Origin: Octopus sinensis
Lineage: Eukaryota
NCBI RefSeq assembly: GCF_006345805.1
Contig: NC_043011.1
Span: 42,048,464 to 42,112,463 of the forward strand
Direction: 5' to 3'
DNA length: 64,000 nucleotides
Shown here: positions 28,814 through 39,834 of the stretch, piece by piece
Numbering within the stretch: position 1 is the stretch's first letter
How the letters are laid out: every line of letters begins with the position of its first letter
Translations under genes and position numbers: made by a program
The notes under the pieces: model-generated
What the model saw: only the letters and a program-made list of their open reading frames with translations
The model's database searches: none
What the model was told of the DNA's origin: nothing

Positions 28814-29577
28814 TATGTATGTGTGTCTGTATTTGTCTCCCCACTATCACCTGACAACCAATGTTGGTGTGCTTATGTCCCTGTAACTTGGCAGTTCACA
28901 AAAGAGACCGATAGAATACAACTAGGCTTACAAAGAATAAGTCCTGGGGTTAATTTGTTTGATTAAAGATGGTACTCCAGCATGGCCACAGCCAAATGAC
29001 TGAAACTAGTAAAAGAATAAAAGAATTCTGTACTTTGCATAAAAATTGCTGCGCTATGAATGGTTGACATTTCAAAGAAGAATAGAATGAAATTCTTGAA
29101 ATTAGTTAAGGGTTAATAGCAGAAAGGGCATGTGGCTGTATAACAGTGCTTCAATAATACATAATCATCTAACTCTTGACAGCTAGCATGGAAATATGAA
29201 CTTTTGCAAGTCTGTGTGTCTGTCAAAAAAAGGTAGGCAAGGAAGAAGTCCCACAGAATTGAGGTTTCATGGAGAAACATTTGGCAAAATGTTTAGTGTA
29301 GGAACATACACATGTGCATCACAAACTTTAGGAATCCCCCTTGAATTTTGTATTGTGTATGTGTATGTATATATATACATACACGTGTGTGTGTTGTGTG
29401 TGTGTGTGTATAATTATATATAATTACTTGCTGTGAAAAATCTTAAATCAGATAAAATGAAGCTGCTTACATTTAACATCAATTGGTTGGCAAGAATTGT
29501 TCTGCCGTACTGAACAGGAAAATATTTTTCCATACCACTTGCCGTCTTCTTCAAACTTTGGTGCACCTACAATTAAC
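807..29577 (-). CDS. Integrin alpha subunit gene, partial: N-terminal FG-GAP beta-propeller exons (5' end and 3' remainder not located in the window)
   Basis: Manual splicing of GT-AG exons with matching phases gives one open frame: xLIVGAPKFEEDGKWYGKIFSCSVRQNNSCQPIDVKFKSKDGTSYLTNGTWIGGTMDTNEQKNKVMICAHRYKILISRLPRMTGICLEMSDPIGQVTRMLECREDQKRNGVYYYGVAQLGTSMKYSKDNKTLLFGTPGLYQGKGGFAIYNETGCEVIDYSDTRRNLVHTDDEYEYQMVGYSITSGRYFNKQVHTVVGAPGISTSGLGK(IILQFSEVNTELRIGGIT). The motif order LxVGAP, C..C, WxGxT, CAHRY, GxC, QxG, LLxGxPG, GYS, VxGAP is that of integrin alpha chains. Confidence 0.93.
1090..1340 (+). mobile_element. Second, more decayed RTE LINE 3' fragment
   Basis: WMKKCQEILVDETGGRGSHEQKW resembles the RTE tail motif ..KKC...V.G..GRGRPRKTW. 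Confidence 0.55.
1594..1682 (+). repeat. ~30 bp minisatellite, three copies (ctctgtgactcctacatacacacacaa)
   Basis: Direct reading. Confidence 0.85.
1750..2260 (-). mobile_element. Decayed LINE apurinic endonuclease region (RTE-like)
   Basis: Broken frame EEVAIHLQ...FMPISRIALL...AVAAP fits the GVAI...F.P.S.RI...YAP endonuclease pattern. Confidence 0.4.
2367..2455 (-). CDS. Integrin alpha exon (89 nt, phase 1 to 0): (G)YSITSGRYFNKQVHTVVGAPGISTSGLGK
   Basis: Long poly-T acceptor ending aatatttcag|GT, donor GGAAAG|gtaagg; complete FG-GAP-type blade GYS...VVGAP...GK. Confidence 0.94.
4324..4551. mobile_element. piggyBac-like MITE, family B
   Basis: TTAACCCTTTAGCATTTA...TAAATGCTAATGGGTTAA; related sequence at 6711-7181 (split by a SINE), ~16945-17030 and ~63780-63970. 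Confidence 0.75.
4830..5100 (-). mobile_element. Possible CR1/Jockey-like LINE 3' end
   Basis: FFPITPAF*NSLP resembles the FFP.T..LWNSLP terminal motif; a single weak motif. Confidence 0.35.
5404..5640 (+). mobile_element. Representative of the most abundant tRNA-like SINE family (many copies on both strands)
   Basis: AGGCGGCGAGCTGGCAGAATCGTTA...GAGTTCAAATTCCGCCGAGGTCGACTTTGCCTTTCATCC recurs near 2680, 2900, 20480, 20860, 26760, 33100, 35230, 36625, 38530-38960, 45350, 53680 and 56790. Confidence 0.85.
8686..9303. mobile_element. hAT MITE carrying a nested SINE
   Basis: Termini CAGCGGTTCTCAA and TTGAGAACCACTG; degenerate TSD ctctttgt / ctctatga; SINE sequence at about 8810-9180. Confidence 0.75.
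11431..11857. mobile_element. Two adjacent pogo/Tigger-like MITE copies (11431-11654 and ~11660-11857)
   Basis: TIRs CAGTAATCCCTCG and C(A/G)AGGGATTACT, TA flanks; the two internal sequences are homologous but diverged. Confidence 0.8.
13333..13700 (+). mobile_element. RTE-clade LINE ORF 3' end fragment
   Basis: KTWT...LRRLDRNVASMLHWMC...LR.K.LQIRGVGCYVPGRRLHQYGHVM.MED.SCMKK matches the RTE C-terminal pattern ETW...RRLE..EASMLRWMC...RRLRWYGHVMRM. Confidence 0.8.
14935..15039 (-). CDS. Integrin alpha exon (105 nt, phase 1 to 1): (G)GFAIYNETGCEVIDYSDTRRNLVHTDDEYEYQMV(G)
   Basis: Acceptor catatttccattctacag|GT, donor GTTG|gtaagt; open frame that bridges the GTPG exon and the GYS exon. Confidence 0.88.
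15579..16099. mobile_element. Mariner-derived palindromic MITE with ~153 bp inverted arms
   Basis: TA-flanked termini TATGTGGGTGAGTCAAAAAG and CTTTTGACTCAACCTTGTA. Internal mariner C-terminus PHSPDLGPSDYHLFG...KEGLRGKHY...VKKWLKEQSTEFY. 15619-15771 is the reverse complement of 15873-16025 with few mismatches. Confidence 0.9.
18758..18806 (-). CDS. Integrin alpha exon (49 nt, phase 0 to 1): DNKTLLFGTPGLYQGK(G)
   Basis: Acceptor tttgtatattttag|GAC, donor AAAG|gtaagc; LLFGTPG is a variant of the LLxGAPG motif. Confidence 0.92.
18984..19364 (-). mobile_element. Young tRNA-head SINE with 12 bp TSD
   Basis: TSD ATGAACAAAATA at 18972-18983 and 19365-19376; minus-strand head GGAGGCGCAATGGCCCAGTGGTTAGG...GGTTTCGATTCCC with A/B-box-like motifs; CpGs retained. 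Related copies near 34640-34810, 51570-51895 and 61610-61925. Confidence 0.85.
19915..20097 (-). CDS. Integrin alpha exon (183 nt, phase 0 to 0): ICAHRYKILISRLPRMTGICLEMSDPIGQVTRMLECREDQKRNGVYYYGVAQLGTSMKYSK
   Basis: Acceptor cttttttgcag|ATA, donor CTAAG|gtaaga; CAHRY, GxC and QxGxS integrin alpha motifs; lies inside ORF 19852..20115. Confidence 0.95.
21481..21697 (+). mobile_element. piggyBac-like MITE, family A, copy 1
   Basis: TTAA-CCCTTT...AAAGGG-TTAA; homologous to 39607-39834 (inverted) and 43955-44169. Confidence 0.8.
22110..22330 (-). mobile_element. CR1-type LINE ORF2 3' end fragment
   Basis: HAYKIKKQHSTHDFQKHFFMLKIAEAWNKLLALFVSCRDTTSFK matches the CR1 terminal motif GH..K......RK.FF..RV...WN.LP..VV......FK. 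Confidence 0.8.
22441..22529 (-). CDS. Integrin alpha exon (89 nt, phase 1 to 0): (F)KSKDGTSYLTNGTWIGGTMDTNEQKNKVM
   Basis: Acceptor atctctcattacag|TT, donor GTCATG|gtaaga; WIGGTM matches the WLGxTV motif; phases fit both neighbours. Confidence 0.92.
24775..24965. mobile_element. Non-autonomous interspersed repeat with (ACAA)n and terminal CCTCC..GGAGG hairpin; second copy at 32800-32990
   Basis: The two copies align over ~190 bp. The layout recalls DINE-1/Helentron-associated elements, but the class is uncertain. Confidence 0.55.
27060..27400 (+). mobile_element. Tc1/mariner-type transposase N-terminal (HTH) remnant
   Basis: FETTGPVVIVEKSGHPK...LSTEIGVSRSNVKRFLH resembles the FExTGSV..RSGRP...S.ELGVS.SSV.RIL helix-turn-helix region; broken by stops. 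Confidence 0.6.
28500..28810. repeat. Compound (CT)n(TA)n(CA)n microsatellites, representative of the very many in the window
   Basis: Direct reading. Other large tracts: (GT)n 10900-11070 and 39990-40340, (CAC/CAT)n 36430-36620, (CAC/TAC)n 37120-37245, (AAT)n 35130-35215. Confidence 0.95.
29471..29577 (-). CDS. Integrin alpha exon (107 nt, phase 2 to 1): xLIVGAPKFEEDGKWYGKIFSCSVRQNNSCQPIDVK
   Basis: Acceptor ttcttgaaattccag|G, donor AAAT|gtaagc; contains the GAP motif and the Cys pair of the first propeller blade. Confidence 0.93.
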
Positions 29578-29879
29578 CTGGAATTTCAAGAAAACAACAG
29601 ATAAGTACAAAAATGTATGTGTGTCATCATCATCATCAAACGTCCATTGTCTATGCTAACATAGGTTGGACTGTGTGATGAAAACTGGCAAGAAAAGTTT
29701 CCAATAAAAACAAAGCAAAAAAATGGGAAACATTAGCGGGTTTATAAGATCAAAGAAAGATGTTTTCAATATATTGTTTTGATTCAAGATATTAACAATA
29801 TAAATTTCAAGGTGTTAGGTCTGTTCGTGCAAATAATTTCATCAGTCTACTGATGATGATGATGACAATGATAATCCTT

Positions 29880-32050
29880 TCTACAAAAGAAAGCCATTGG
29901 ACATAAACTTTGATGACACAATAGATATATTGTGTAAAATTTTCTGGGAAAAAAAGCTTATTGTTCAACACACATTGGAAGTGTCTGAAAAACAATGACA
30001 AAGACGACATCACATTTGCTGGTAGAGTAAACAGGGAATGCAAGAAGTTTAAGCTGGATTACTTAACACCTGATATGTTCAAATGCCTGATTTTTACACA
30101 GGAACTTACTGCTGGAAACAATGCAGAAGTTAGAACTAGAATTCTTGCAAAGTTGGAACAAAACTAGGATGTAACCCTACAGCAAATGTCAGAAGAATTT
30201 GAAAGGATAGTCAAATTAAGACATGACACTGAATGTAAAGATTGTTTCCAAGTAAAGCAAGTGCGAAATAGTCAGAACAGAGATGAAGTGTTTTCTAAAA
30301 AACACGACAAAAATCAGGAAATAAACCCATGTTTTGCATGTGGAGGAATACACCTGCGGAAAAATTGTCCTTTTAAGAAAGCAGAGTGCTTTTGTTGTGG
30401 AAATATAGGACAAATAAAGATGCACTGTAGAATAAAGATGACAAAATATCAGAACAAAGAAAAAAGAATAAATAGTACGTCATCGAAAGAAATTGTTAAT
30501 ATAATGATGAGGAAATTCATGAAGGGAAAATCAGAAATACAAGTGTTAAAATACAATTGGACACTGGTAGTAGTGATATTACCATTATAAACGAAAAATT
30601 GTGGAAATATATCAGTAAGCCAAAGTTAATTAAATCCAAAAAGGTAGCACATGGTGTTATGGGGAAAAAAGATTATATTTTTTCGGTGAATTTGTATGTA
30701 GTGTAATATTTCGAGGTCAAACAAAAAAGGCAAAGATTTATGTGTTAGAAAATTCATGTAATTTATTTGGCAGAGAGTGGACAGAACTATTCAAATACGT
30801 CCATAAGTATTTGTGTGGAAATATAGTTGATTCAGTCAAAAGTTTGAATGTGGCTGAGGGACTGAGACAGAAAATTGCAGTAAAACAAGAGTGGAACACC
30901 TGTATGTAAGCCAAAACGAAATGAAAAATTGCCCATGATAAAATGTAAACAGTGTTCAAAAGTAGATGTTCCATGGTTGCGACTATACATCGATTTCGAT
31001 GGTCCTTTAAATGGTTCTTATTACCTAATGGTCGTTGATAGTTTCTCAAAATGATCTGTAATTTGCAAGTGTAAAAAACAAACCTCCTCAACTGTGATCA
31101 ATGTTTTACATGAACTGTTTGCAAGATTTGGCATCCCAGACAAGATAGTATCTGACAATAGAACGCAATTTGTGTCTAGTGAATTTTAAAAAATTTTGTG
31201 AAACATTTGTGGTAATTCATATAACTATGGTGCCATACCATCTGAGATCTAATGGACAGGCAGAATGCTTTGTCGATGCCTTCATAAGAGCCCTTAGAAA
31301 ATCGAATAAGGAAGTCACGGATGAAGCAGGTAGATCACCAGTGGAGCTGATGTTTACAAGGAAAGTAAAATCAGTCTTTGCTACCTAGCAAGAAAAGAAA
31401 AAGTGCCAGAGAAGACATACCAAGATTCTTTAAAGTTGGTGAAAAGGTGTATATGAGGGCATGCAAGAATGGAAAGCAGAGTTGGGAAGATGGTGTAATT
31501 ACCAAATGCATAGGTAAAATTATGTATTGGGTAAAAAGTAGAAAAGGCATACAAAAGAGACACAGGAATCAACTGTAAAAGAGATCCGTGGAAAGTGAAC
31601 CAAAGAAGTTGGAGGAACCAATGGAATGGTTGTACGATACATTCCATGTATCAACACCAATGCAGGTGATTGAACCTAAGTGTACAAGTGAGAGGAAAAA
31701 AGAAACATACAGAGTTCCTGGAAATAGATGCCAAGTGCAAAAAGTATTAAATTATACAAAAAACAAAAAAACTCAAAAAGGGAGGTGGGGTGAATAAAAA
31801 AAAATATTGCTAAATAAAATGACACTTCTTAAGAAAAACTTAAAAGAGGTGTTGTAGGGAATTAGTAATAATGATACACCCCTCCCATGTGATGAATGGA
31901 ATAACCCAATCACTATAAATAGGAGAGTACAAGACAGTATGGGAGCACGTAGTAGGTGGTCAGAGATAGGAACGTCTTTACTGGTTTTAATTAGTATACT
32001 GTATACAGAAGTGGGCATTATAACGAATTGACATTTTAAAGATTATAACA
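29880..32050 (+). mobile_element. Degenerate Ty3/Gypsy LTR retrotransposon (K02A2.6-like type): gag, zinc knuckles, protease, integrase core and 3' LTR; RT/RNaseH absent
   Basis: gag LFNTHWKC...FAGRVNRECKKFKL...FKCLIF; knuckles CFACGGIHLRKNC and CFCCGNIGQIKMHC; protease IQLDTGSSDITII near 30550; integrase PWLRLYIDFDGPLNGSYYLMVVDSFSK, LFARFGIPDKIVSDN and PYHLRSNGQAECFV; many stops and frameshifts. Confidence 0.9.
31850..32050 (+). repeat. 3' LTR of the Gypsy element (~201 bp)
   Basis: Follows the purine-rich tract taaaagagg; starts TGTTGTA and ends TATAACA (imperfect inverted termini); internal TATAAATA. Confidence 0.7.
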
Positions 32051-32467
32051 ATTTCTAATTAAGGCTCAAGGCCAGCAATTTTGAAGAGGAGGCGGGGTTA
32101 GGTTAATGCCATTGACTCAAGTACTTTGACTCTGGAAAAATGAAAAGGCACAGTTGACCATAGCAGGGTTTGAACTAAGAACATAAAAACACAAGAAAAT
32201 GATAATAATGGTTTCTGAATTAAGCACGAGGCCAGCAATTCTGGAGACAAGGTTAACTAATACTATTGACCCCAGTAGTTGACTGGTAATATATTTTATC
32301 AACCCCCAAGGAACAAAAGGCAAGTTTGACCTTGGTGAGATTGAACTCGGAATGTAGTGAGCCATAACTAAATGTTGTGAGGTATTTTGTCTGACTCTTC
32401 AACAATTCTGCCAGTCCACTGTTCTTGATGATGATGATGATGATGATGGAGATGGTGATGCTGATGG

Positions 32468-32666
32468 GAAGTGCAGAATAGACAACACTACCAATAGCAA
32501 CAAATGCAGAATGTGGGTTAGATAGAGGTGAATGGTATGGCACATTGTTAGCAAATGCCTGAAATTGGCACAAAGTGAACACAAAAGACACCATGACAAT
32601 GTGGCAAGAATGATCCATTGGGAACTCTGTGGAAATCACAGCCTACAAAAAGCAAAGATGTGGTAG
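32468..32666 (+). mobile_element. R4/Dong-type (RLE) non-LTR retrotransposon zinc-knuckle fragment
   Basis: KCRIDNTTNSNKCRM...VWHIVSKCLKLAQSEHKRHHDNVARMIHWELC matches CR.C....ETV.HI.S.C..LA..EY..RHD.VAR..HW.LC. Confidence 0.8.
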
Positions 32667-33779
32667 TTTGATTTCTTTATCCATCAGTTAAAGATAGAGA
32701 CACAAGTAAAATTAATAATAGAGAAACGAAAATAAAACTTTGGAAACAGCCTAAAGGGAAATAAGTCAAAGTAAGATCATAATCATGTAAAGTAAACATA
32801 ACAAATAATCCAGAATCCTTGTCTGGTACCAGATTAATCCCAAAATCTAATCAATTCATGCCAGTCACGAGACCAAACCTCTCTGAAAGTTTCATCTGAA
32901 TCCATCCAGCGGTTCTTGAGATATGTTGTCCATAGACAAGCAAACACGACTGAAAACAATACCTCCACCTTCACTAAGGCGTAGGTAATAATAATAATAA
33001 TAACTAGCTGGACCAGTGAAAAATTTATGGAAAACATAAAAAATGTAAACATCTGTAAACAGTGTACTGGTGCCAGGAGAAATGTTTGTATATTATGACC
33101 GTCTGTCTTTACGTTCTGAGTTCAAATTCTGCCGAGGTTGACTTTGCCTTTCGTCCTTTTGGGGTCGATAAATTAACTACCAGTTGTGTACTGGGGTCAA
33201 TCTAATCAACTGATCCCCTCCCCACAAAACTTTCAGGCCTAGAAAAGTATATTGTGACAGTTACAGAATATAGAAAGTAATGTAACACCAATGACTATAT
33301 AATCCAACCAAAATATCTGTTACACAAATATAAACGGAATTACTATTTAACCTTAGAATACATCGTACATATTCAAAGAACCTACTTGGTTTTGTGGTAT
33401 GGAACGTTTTTCTGGTATTCTTTTATTCTTTTACTTGTTTCATTCATTTGACGGTGGCCATGCTGGAGCACAACCATTTAGTCAAAGAAATTGAACCCTG
33501 GACTTATTCCCTGTAAGCCTGGTGCTTATTCTAACAATCTCTTCTGCTGAACAGCTAAATTAACAGGGATGCAAGCACACCAGCATTGGTTGTCAAGCAA
33601 TAGGGTGGTGAGACAAACATAGACATAAACACACACACACATACATACATACGTACATATATATGACTGGCTTGGAGGTAGTGGTGATGCTGGCTGGTGC
33701 GATTTTGTGGTTTGCTGGTATGCCGAGAGAGATCCAGCAAGCCTCTAACTGGTTCCCTGATCTTAAAGGTGTAATGATG

Positions 33780-34470
33780 GAGTGACTATATTTTGTGTGT
33801 ATGTCACACCATGTTTTTGGCCTTGTCTGTTATCCCAATTGAGTGTCGTAATTCTTACTTCGATATTGTTCATAGCTTGTGCTCTTGAAAATGCGACATA
33901 TAATTGGCCATGAGAAAATACCGGTTAAGGCAAATGTATTCCAACTTTTTCAAATGTTTGCTCTTGAGCCTTATTAATTGTCATTGAATATGCAAGTCAA
34001 AGTGGAAACTGAAATCTGTTTAGTGTGAATGGAATATTTGCATCACTTGAGCTAAGTTTAATTCTGGGAATTAGAACTGTACAGTCTCTGTTGGAGCCTG
34101 TTACCAATGATGCCTCTACACAATGTTCATGAAGTCTTTGCACTTTCATGCAAGTTCCATTACATAGTCCTTGACTGATTGAAAGATTTCTTAGCAGCAT
34201 TACAATAGCCCCTACTTTTAAGTTGAGTCGATGAGGAGGCATACCAGATGGAGTGAGTGAGTTTATGAATTCAAATGGATAGTTCTGAACCTCCTCTTCA
34301 TTATTGCAGGACACTGAATCTGTGCTTAAGTATGCTTTAAATGCCTCTGGTATAATATTAGGAACTTTTTAATTTATTGCAAGACAGTCAGAATTTTTAG
34401 GAGATAAAATTAGTTGTTTTTCCATTTTTTCTGGCGTGCAGTTGTTGAAAATTTCTGGGTACAAATGTAC
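33780..34470 (-). mobile_element. Helitron PIF1-like helicase C-terminal remnant
   Basis: YPFEFINSLTPSGMPPHRLNLKVGAIVMLLRNL...GLCNGT...LIPRI...RFQFPL, then after a frameshift LAYSMTINKAQEQTFEKVG and VFSHGQLYVAFSR, ending TQNIV. Confidence 0.92.
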
Positions 34471-35130
34471 AAATTGAAATACAAAAGAATGAAATAATAA
34501 ATGGATTTATGAATGAAAGTTTGGTAATTGCATTTATTTCCACCATGTGACACTTATTATTGCAAACATGTTTTAACTAACCTAAACTATACATACACAC
34601 AAATACATTCATATATATATATATATGTCTTGAGTTGTAGCTGTAATTCAAAGGGGCCAACCTTGTCATATTCTGTGTGAGGCTGAATCTTCCTGAGAAC
34701 TACATTAATGTTATGCATGTCTGTGGAGTACTCAGCCATTTGCGAGTTAATTTTATCCTTGTGTGGTAATGAAAAGGGAAACTGACAGCCAATATTTGCT
34801 GTGTCTCTGTATCTATGTATGAACTTTTTTGGGGATTTATGTATCTGCTGTCTCTCTCACTTCCTCTCTTTATCTTTCCCTTCTTTTGTGTCCCTCTTCT
34901 CTCCCGCTTTTGATTTAACAATGTGTATGTGTATCTATGTATCTACTTCTCTTGCAATGTGATAAACATTTAAAAACACAAAATGAACGCCGTCACCACT
35001 CACTGTCTCTTTCACTCTCTCTCTTTCTCTTTTACTTCCTCTGTCTTCCTCTCTCTCACTTTGCCACTTCTTTGAAGTAAGTGTGACACACGCACACAAC
35101 AGGCACACACAAAAACAAAAAGTTAGCACC

Positions 35131-35167
<37 letters not shown>

Positions 35168-35174
35168 TAATAAA

Positions 35175-35207
<33 letters not shown>

Positions 35208-38200
35208 AATAATATATTGATAATCCTTTCTACTATAGGCACAAGGCCTGGATTTTGTGAGGATGGGAACAGTTGATTACATCGACCCCAGTGTTCAACT
35301 GGTACTTAATTTATTGACACCAAAAGGATGAAAGGCAAGGTCAACCTCAGCAGAATTTGTATTCAGGATGTAGCTGCAGACGAAATACTGCAAAGCATTT
35401 TGTCCTGCATGCTAACAATTCTGCCAGTTCACCACCTTAAATAACAATCATTATCAGCATCATCATCATTTAACGTCCATTGTCCATGCTGGCATGGGTT
35501 GGATGGCTTGACCAGGGCTGGCATGCTGGAAGGCTGCACCAGACTCCAGTCTGATTTGGCATGGTTTACTATAGCTGGATGCCCTTCCTAATGCCAACCA
35601 CTCCGAGAGTGTAATGGGTGCTTTTATGTGCCACCAGCACGGGTACCATTTGCATGACACCAGTATTTGCCACAACAGCAATTTTACTTGACTTGATGAG
35701 TCATCTCAAGGATGACATGATGCCAAAGGACTCGGTCATTCGTCATTGCCAATAATAATAATGATAAATAGAGTCTTGCATAGACACAATGGTAGAAATT
35801 ATATTGACCTCAGTGGCTGTGTGGTAAGTAGCTTGCTTCCCAACCACATGGTTCTGGGTTCAGTCCTACTGCATGACACCTTGGGCAAGTGTCTTCTACT
35901 ATATCCTTGGGCCGACCAAAGCCTGGTGAGTGGATTTGGTAGACTGAAACTGAAAGAAGCCCGTTGTGTTTGTCCCCCCAACATAGCTGGTGTGTTTACG
36001 TCCCTGTAACTTAGCAGTTCGCCAAAAGAAACTGATAAAGTAAGTACTAGGCTTATGAAGAATAAATCCTGGGGTAGATTTGCTCGACTAAAGGTAGTGC
36101 TCCAGCATGGCAGCAGTCAAATGACTGAAACATTTGAAAGAATAAAAGAATATGACTGGTACCTGTTTTACCGATTCCCAGAGAGATAAAAGGTAAAGCT
36201 AACTTTAGAGGGATTTGAACTTGAAATGTAAAGTGCTGGAACAAATACAACAAGGTATTCTGCCCAATACCCTAATGATTCTGATAACTCACTGCCCTAA
36301 ATAACAAAGATTTGAATGAAATATGCATTATTAGTCATTAAGAGAATAAATTAATTATTTAACCCCTACCCCCAGTTTAGTCATAAGTTTTCACCAAGTA
36401 CAAATATGTTATTAATTTAGTAAATGGTTGCAAACACCACCATCACCACCACCACCAAAACCACTACCACTGCCTTCATTATCACCAGTACTACCACCAT
36501 CACCACCACCACTACCACCATCATCACCATCACTACTACTATGACCACCACCATCAACACCAGCATCACCACCACCATCATTGACCTCATAATCATCATC
36601 ATAGTCCCCATTATTGTAACCATCATGAAGATGGTGAGCTGGCAGAATCGTTAGCATGCTGGACGAAATGTTTAGCGGTATTTCGCCCATCGCTATGCTC
36701 TGAGTTCAAATTCTGTCAAAGTTGACTTTGCCTTTTCATCCTTTTGGGGTCGATATAATCGACTTGTCCTCCTCGCCAACCACTTCCCCCAAATTTCAGG
36801 CCTTGTGCCTACAGTAGAAAGGATTATCGTAACCCTCATTATTACTATGAACCAGTGAAGGAGTCTCTACATAGTTGTTTGACCTGTTGGGAAAGGCAAC
36901 GAAATTTCAGACCTTACCATCTTACAGGACACATTAGATAATGTAAGGACACATTGGATAATGTGGTGGTGGTGGTGGTGTTGGAGGTGATGTGGGAGCC
37001 AAGTTGACCTCAGCAGGATTTGAACTCAGATACTAAAGAACTGGAGCAAATAACAACAGACATTCTGTTCTCTTGTATCAGAATTGATAATGGGGTAGCG
37101 CATTTACCACGATCACGACCACCACTACCACTACTGCTCCACTACCACCACTACCGCTCCACCACTACCACTCCACCACCACCACTACCACTCTACCACT
37201 CCACCACCACCACTACCACTCTACCACTCCACCACCACCACCATCATCCAGATCAGTTGTACAAAATGTAGGAGAGGAGGGTTGGGTTGCAGTTGAAACC
37301 TGATATCAAATCAAAAATATTTAATTTAATTCTTTTTAAATTTGCACAAAATAAAGCTAACCTCATTCGTGTTATAAATCAATCCACGAAAACAATTTAT
37401 TACTTTCAATGTTTGTATTGTTTTGTAAATTTTCTTTGATTTAAAAAAAAAATTTTTTTTAGCAGCTTTGCCAATATATTTCTCAACATGCCAACGCCTT
37501 GCTAAATAACGAATTCTTTACAGTAGGGAAGAAATAAGGATTTAAAATACATACCATATATATACAAAAAAAGAATGGAATATTTGTAGTTTTTATTTCT
37601 TTAGAAAGAAAGAAAAAGAGCCTTAGTTTTTATTTATTTATTTATTTATTTATTATTATTATTATTATTCTGTGAAAACATTTAAAATAGTTTTACAAAT
37701 GAAAAAAAGTGTGGTGGTAGTGGTGGTGAGGGGACTTACATTTCTAATTTTATTAATTATATCCCCACAAGAATATAATTTCATATTTGATATGGGTTTC
37801 TTTTTGATGAGGTTCAAGTTACGTATTTCAGAAGATGTGGGGTGGGGTGGAACAGTACTAATGCCCATAAGTACCCCTTCTCTCTCTCTCTCTCTCCTCT
37901 CTCTCTCCCCCTCCCTCCCTCTCTCTCTGCAATGATATTACCAAAGTGGGAGTACTGGAGTCATAGTATACATTTTTTATGGTTTAGTCAGAAGTGGAAA
38001 GGAAGCACCTAGTACCTTTTTTGAGGGTCTTCTGAGACTTGTGGTGATGGGTACAGGGAGGAAAAAAAGAAACCTCTGGAGGTCTGTTTTAAATACTTGC
38101 AACAGAGTGGAGTTTTTTTTTTGTTTTTGTTTTTTATAAGGCACAGTCAAGGAACAGATTAGGTCTACCACACAAAAATGGCTTCTTCTGTAGAACCTCT

Positions 38201-39606
38201 GCCTGTCAAATTTCATGCCCACACTGTATTGGCAAACCTTTGGCTTTGGTAAAAAAGAAAATACTTGGCTAAAGTGCTGCACAGTGGCATTGGTCCAGGA
38301 GCAATGTTGAAGCAGCGTTTATATGGTCATTCAATCTGTTAGAAATAGCAATGAAAAACCCCTCAAACCACAACCCAGAAGGACAGATTAGACAATGCAA
38401 TCTTAGATTCACTGTTGGACTAAATATATACTGTAAGATACTTTGTTCAGTGCTCTACCATTTGTATCATTCCACCATTTTTGCTACAATATTAAATGTA
38501 ACAGCAACAACAATAATGATAATACGCCTTTTTACTAGTCTTGCAATTTTGGGGAGGGACCAAGCTGATTACATTGATCCCAGTGCATAACTGGTACTTA
38601 ACTTATTGACCCCAGAAGGATGAAAGGCAAAGTCGACCTCAGCAGAATTTGAACTCAGAATGTGAAGATGGACGAAATGCCGTTAAGCGTTTTGCCTGGC
38701 GTGCTAACAATTCTCCCAGTTCACTGCCTTATCAACAACAGCAACAACAATAATCTTTACTCCAGGCACAAAACCCGAAATTTTGGGGGAGGAGATCAGT
38801 TGATAAGATCGATTTCAGTACGCAGCTGGTACTTAATTTATTGACCCCAAAAGGATGGAAGGCAAAGATGACCTTGGTGGAATTTGAACTCAGAACATAA
38901 GGATGAACGAAATACCACTGAGCATTTCACCTGGCATGCTAACGATTCTGCCAGTTTGCCATCTTATATAACAATAACAACAACAACAACAACAACAACA
39001 ACAATAATAATAATAATTGCTTCAAATTTTGATGGCAGGGAGTAAATCAATGACACTTCAGTGCTTGATCTTATTAACCCCGAAAGGAGGAAAGGCAGAG
39101 TTGATCACTGTAAGATTTGATCTTAGAACACAAAGAGCCTGAAAAAAATGCTGCTAAGCATTTTGACCGATGCTCTAACAATTCAGCCAATCTGTAATAA
39201 TAAATCTAATTCAGAATAAGACCTCATTCCTGGAATTCTCTTCAGTTTGGCAATGCTACAAAATGGAAACTGCTTTTCTCATTTTTGTAAATTGAAGGGG
39301 GGTAAAAAGTTGAAAAGTTTCCTAACTTACTGGTCGTCATCATCATTACTATCATCATCATCATCTCACCATCATACTTGATGTTTAAATTCTTACTGGC
39401 CATCTTTACCCTTCATCTTTTCAGAACTGATAAATACAACCCCTCCCCAACCACCATCACTGCCCCCCCTCCCATCCAGCCCCCAAAACTCCACCCTGTT
39501 ACAGCATAAACAGCTTCTGTGTGTCTCTGTATTTGATTCTTTCCCCGCTTTCATAATGGGTTCAAATCCTGCTAGGTTTTGTTGTGTCTGGGAAGAGTCA
39601 TTCTGT

Positions 39607-39834
39607 TTAACCCTTTTGTTACTAACCCGGCCAAAACCGGCTCTGGCTCTGTGGTAAAATGTCTTGTTTTCATAAGTTTTGAATTAAAATATTCCACCAA
39701 GCCTTAGTCACAATTTACGTTCCTAACACTAGCTGAATGATAACTAAGTTATTTTACTAAATTCTTTGTTATATTTAAAATAATTGAAAGAAACACAGAG
39801 CATCTCAAAATAAATACAGTAATGAAAGGGTTAA
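39607..39834 (-). mobile_element. piggyBac-like MITE, family A, copy 2
   Basis: TTAA-flanked; reverse complement of the 43955-44169 copy. Confidence 0.8.

Noticed and set aside
36412-36690. Thr-rich, Gly/Asp-rich and Val/Met-rich ORFs
   Set aside because: Trinucleotide (CAC/CAT)n repeat that is open in several frames.
39397-39427. 31 nt minus-strand exon candidate (LKKMKGKDG) whose phase would fit upstream of LIVGAP
   Set aside because: Lacks the required FGxSV motif and replaces the expected Trp; likely chance.
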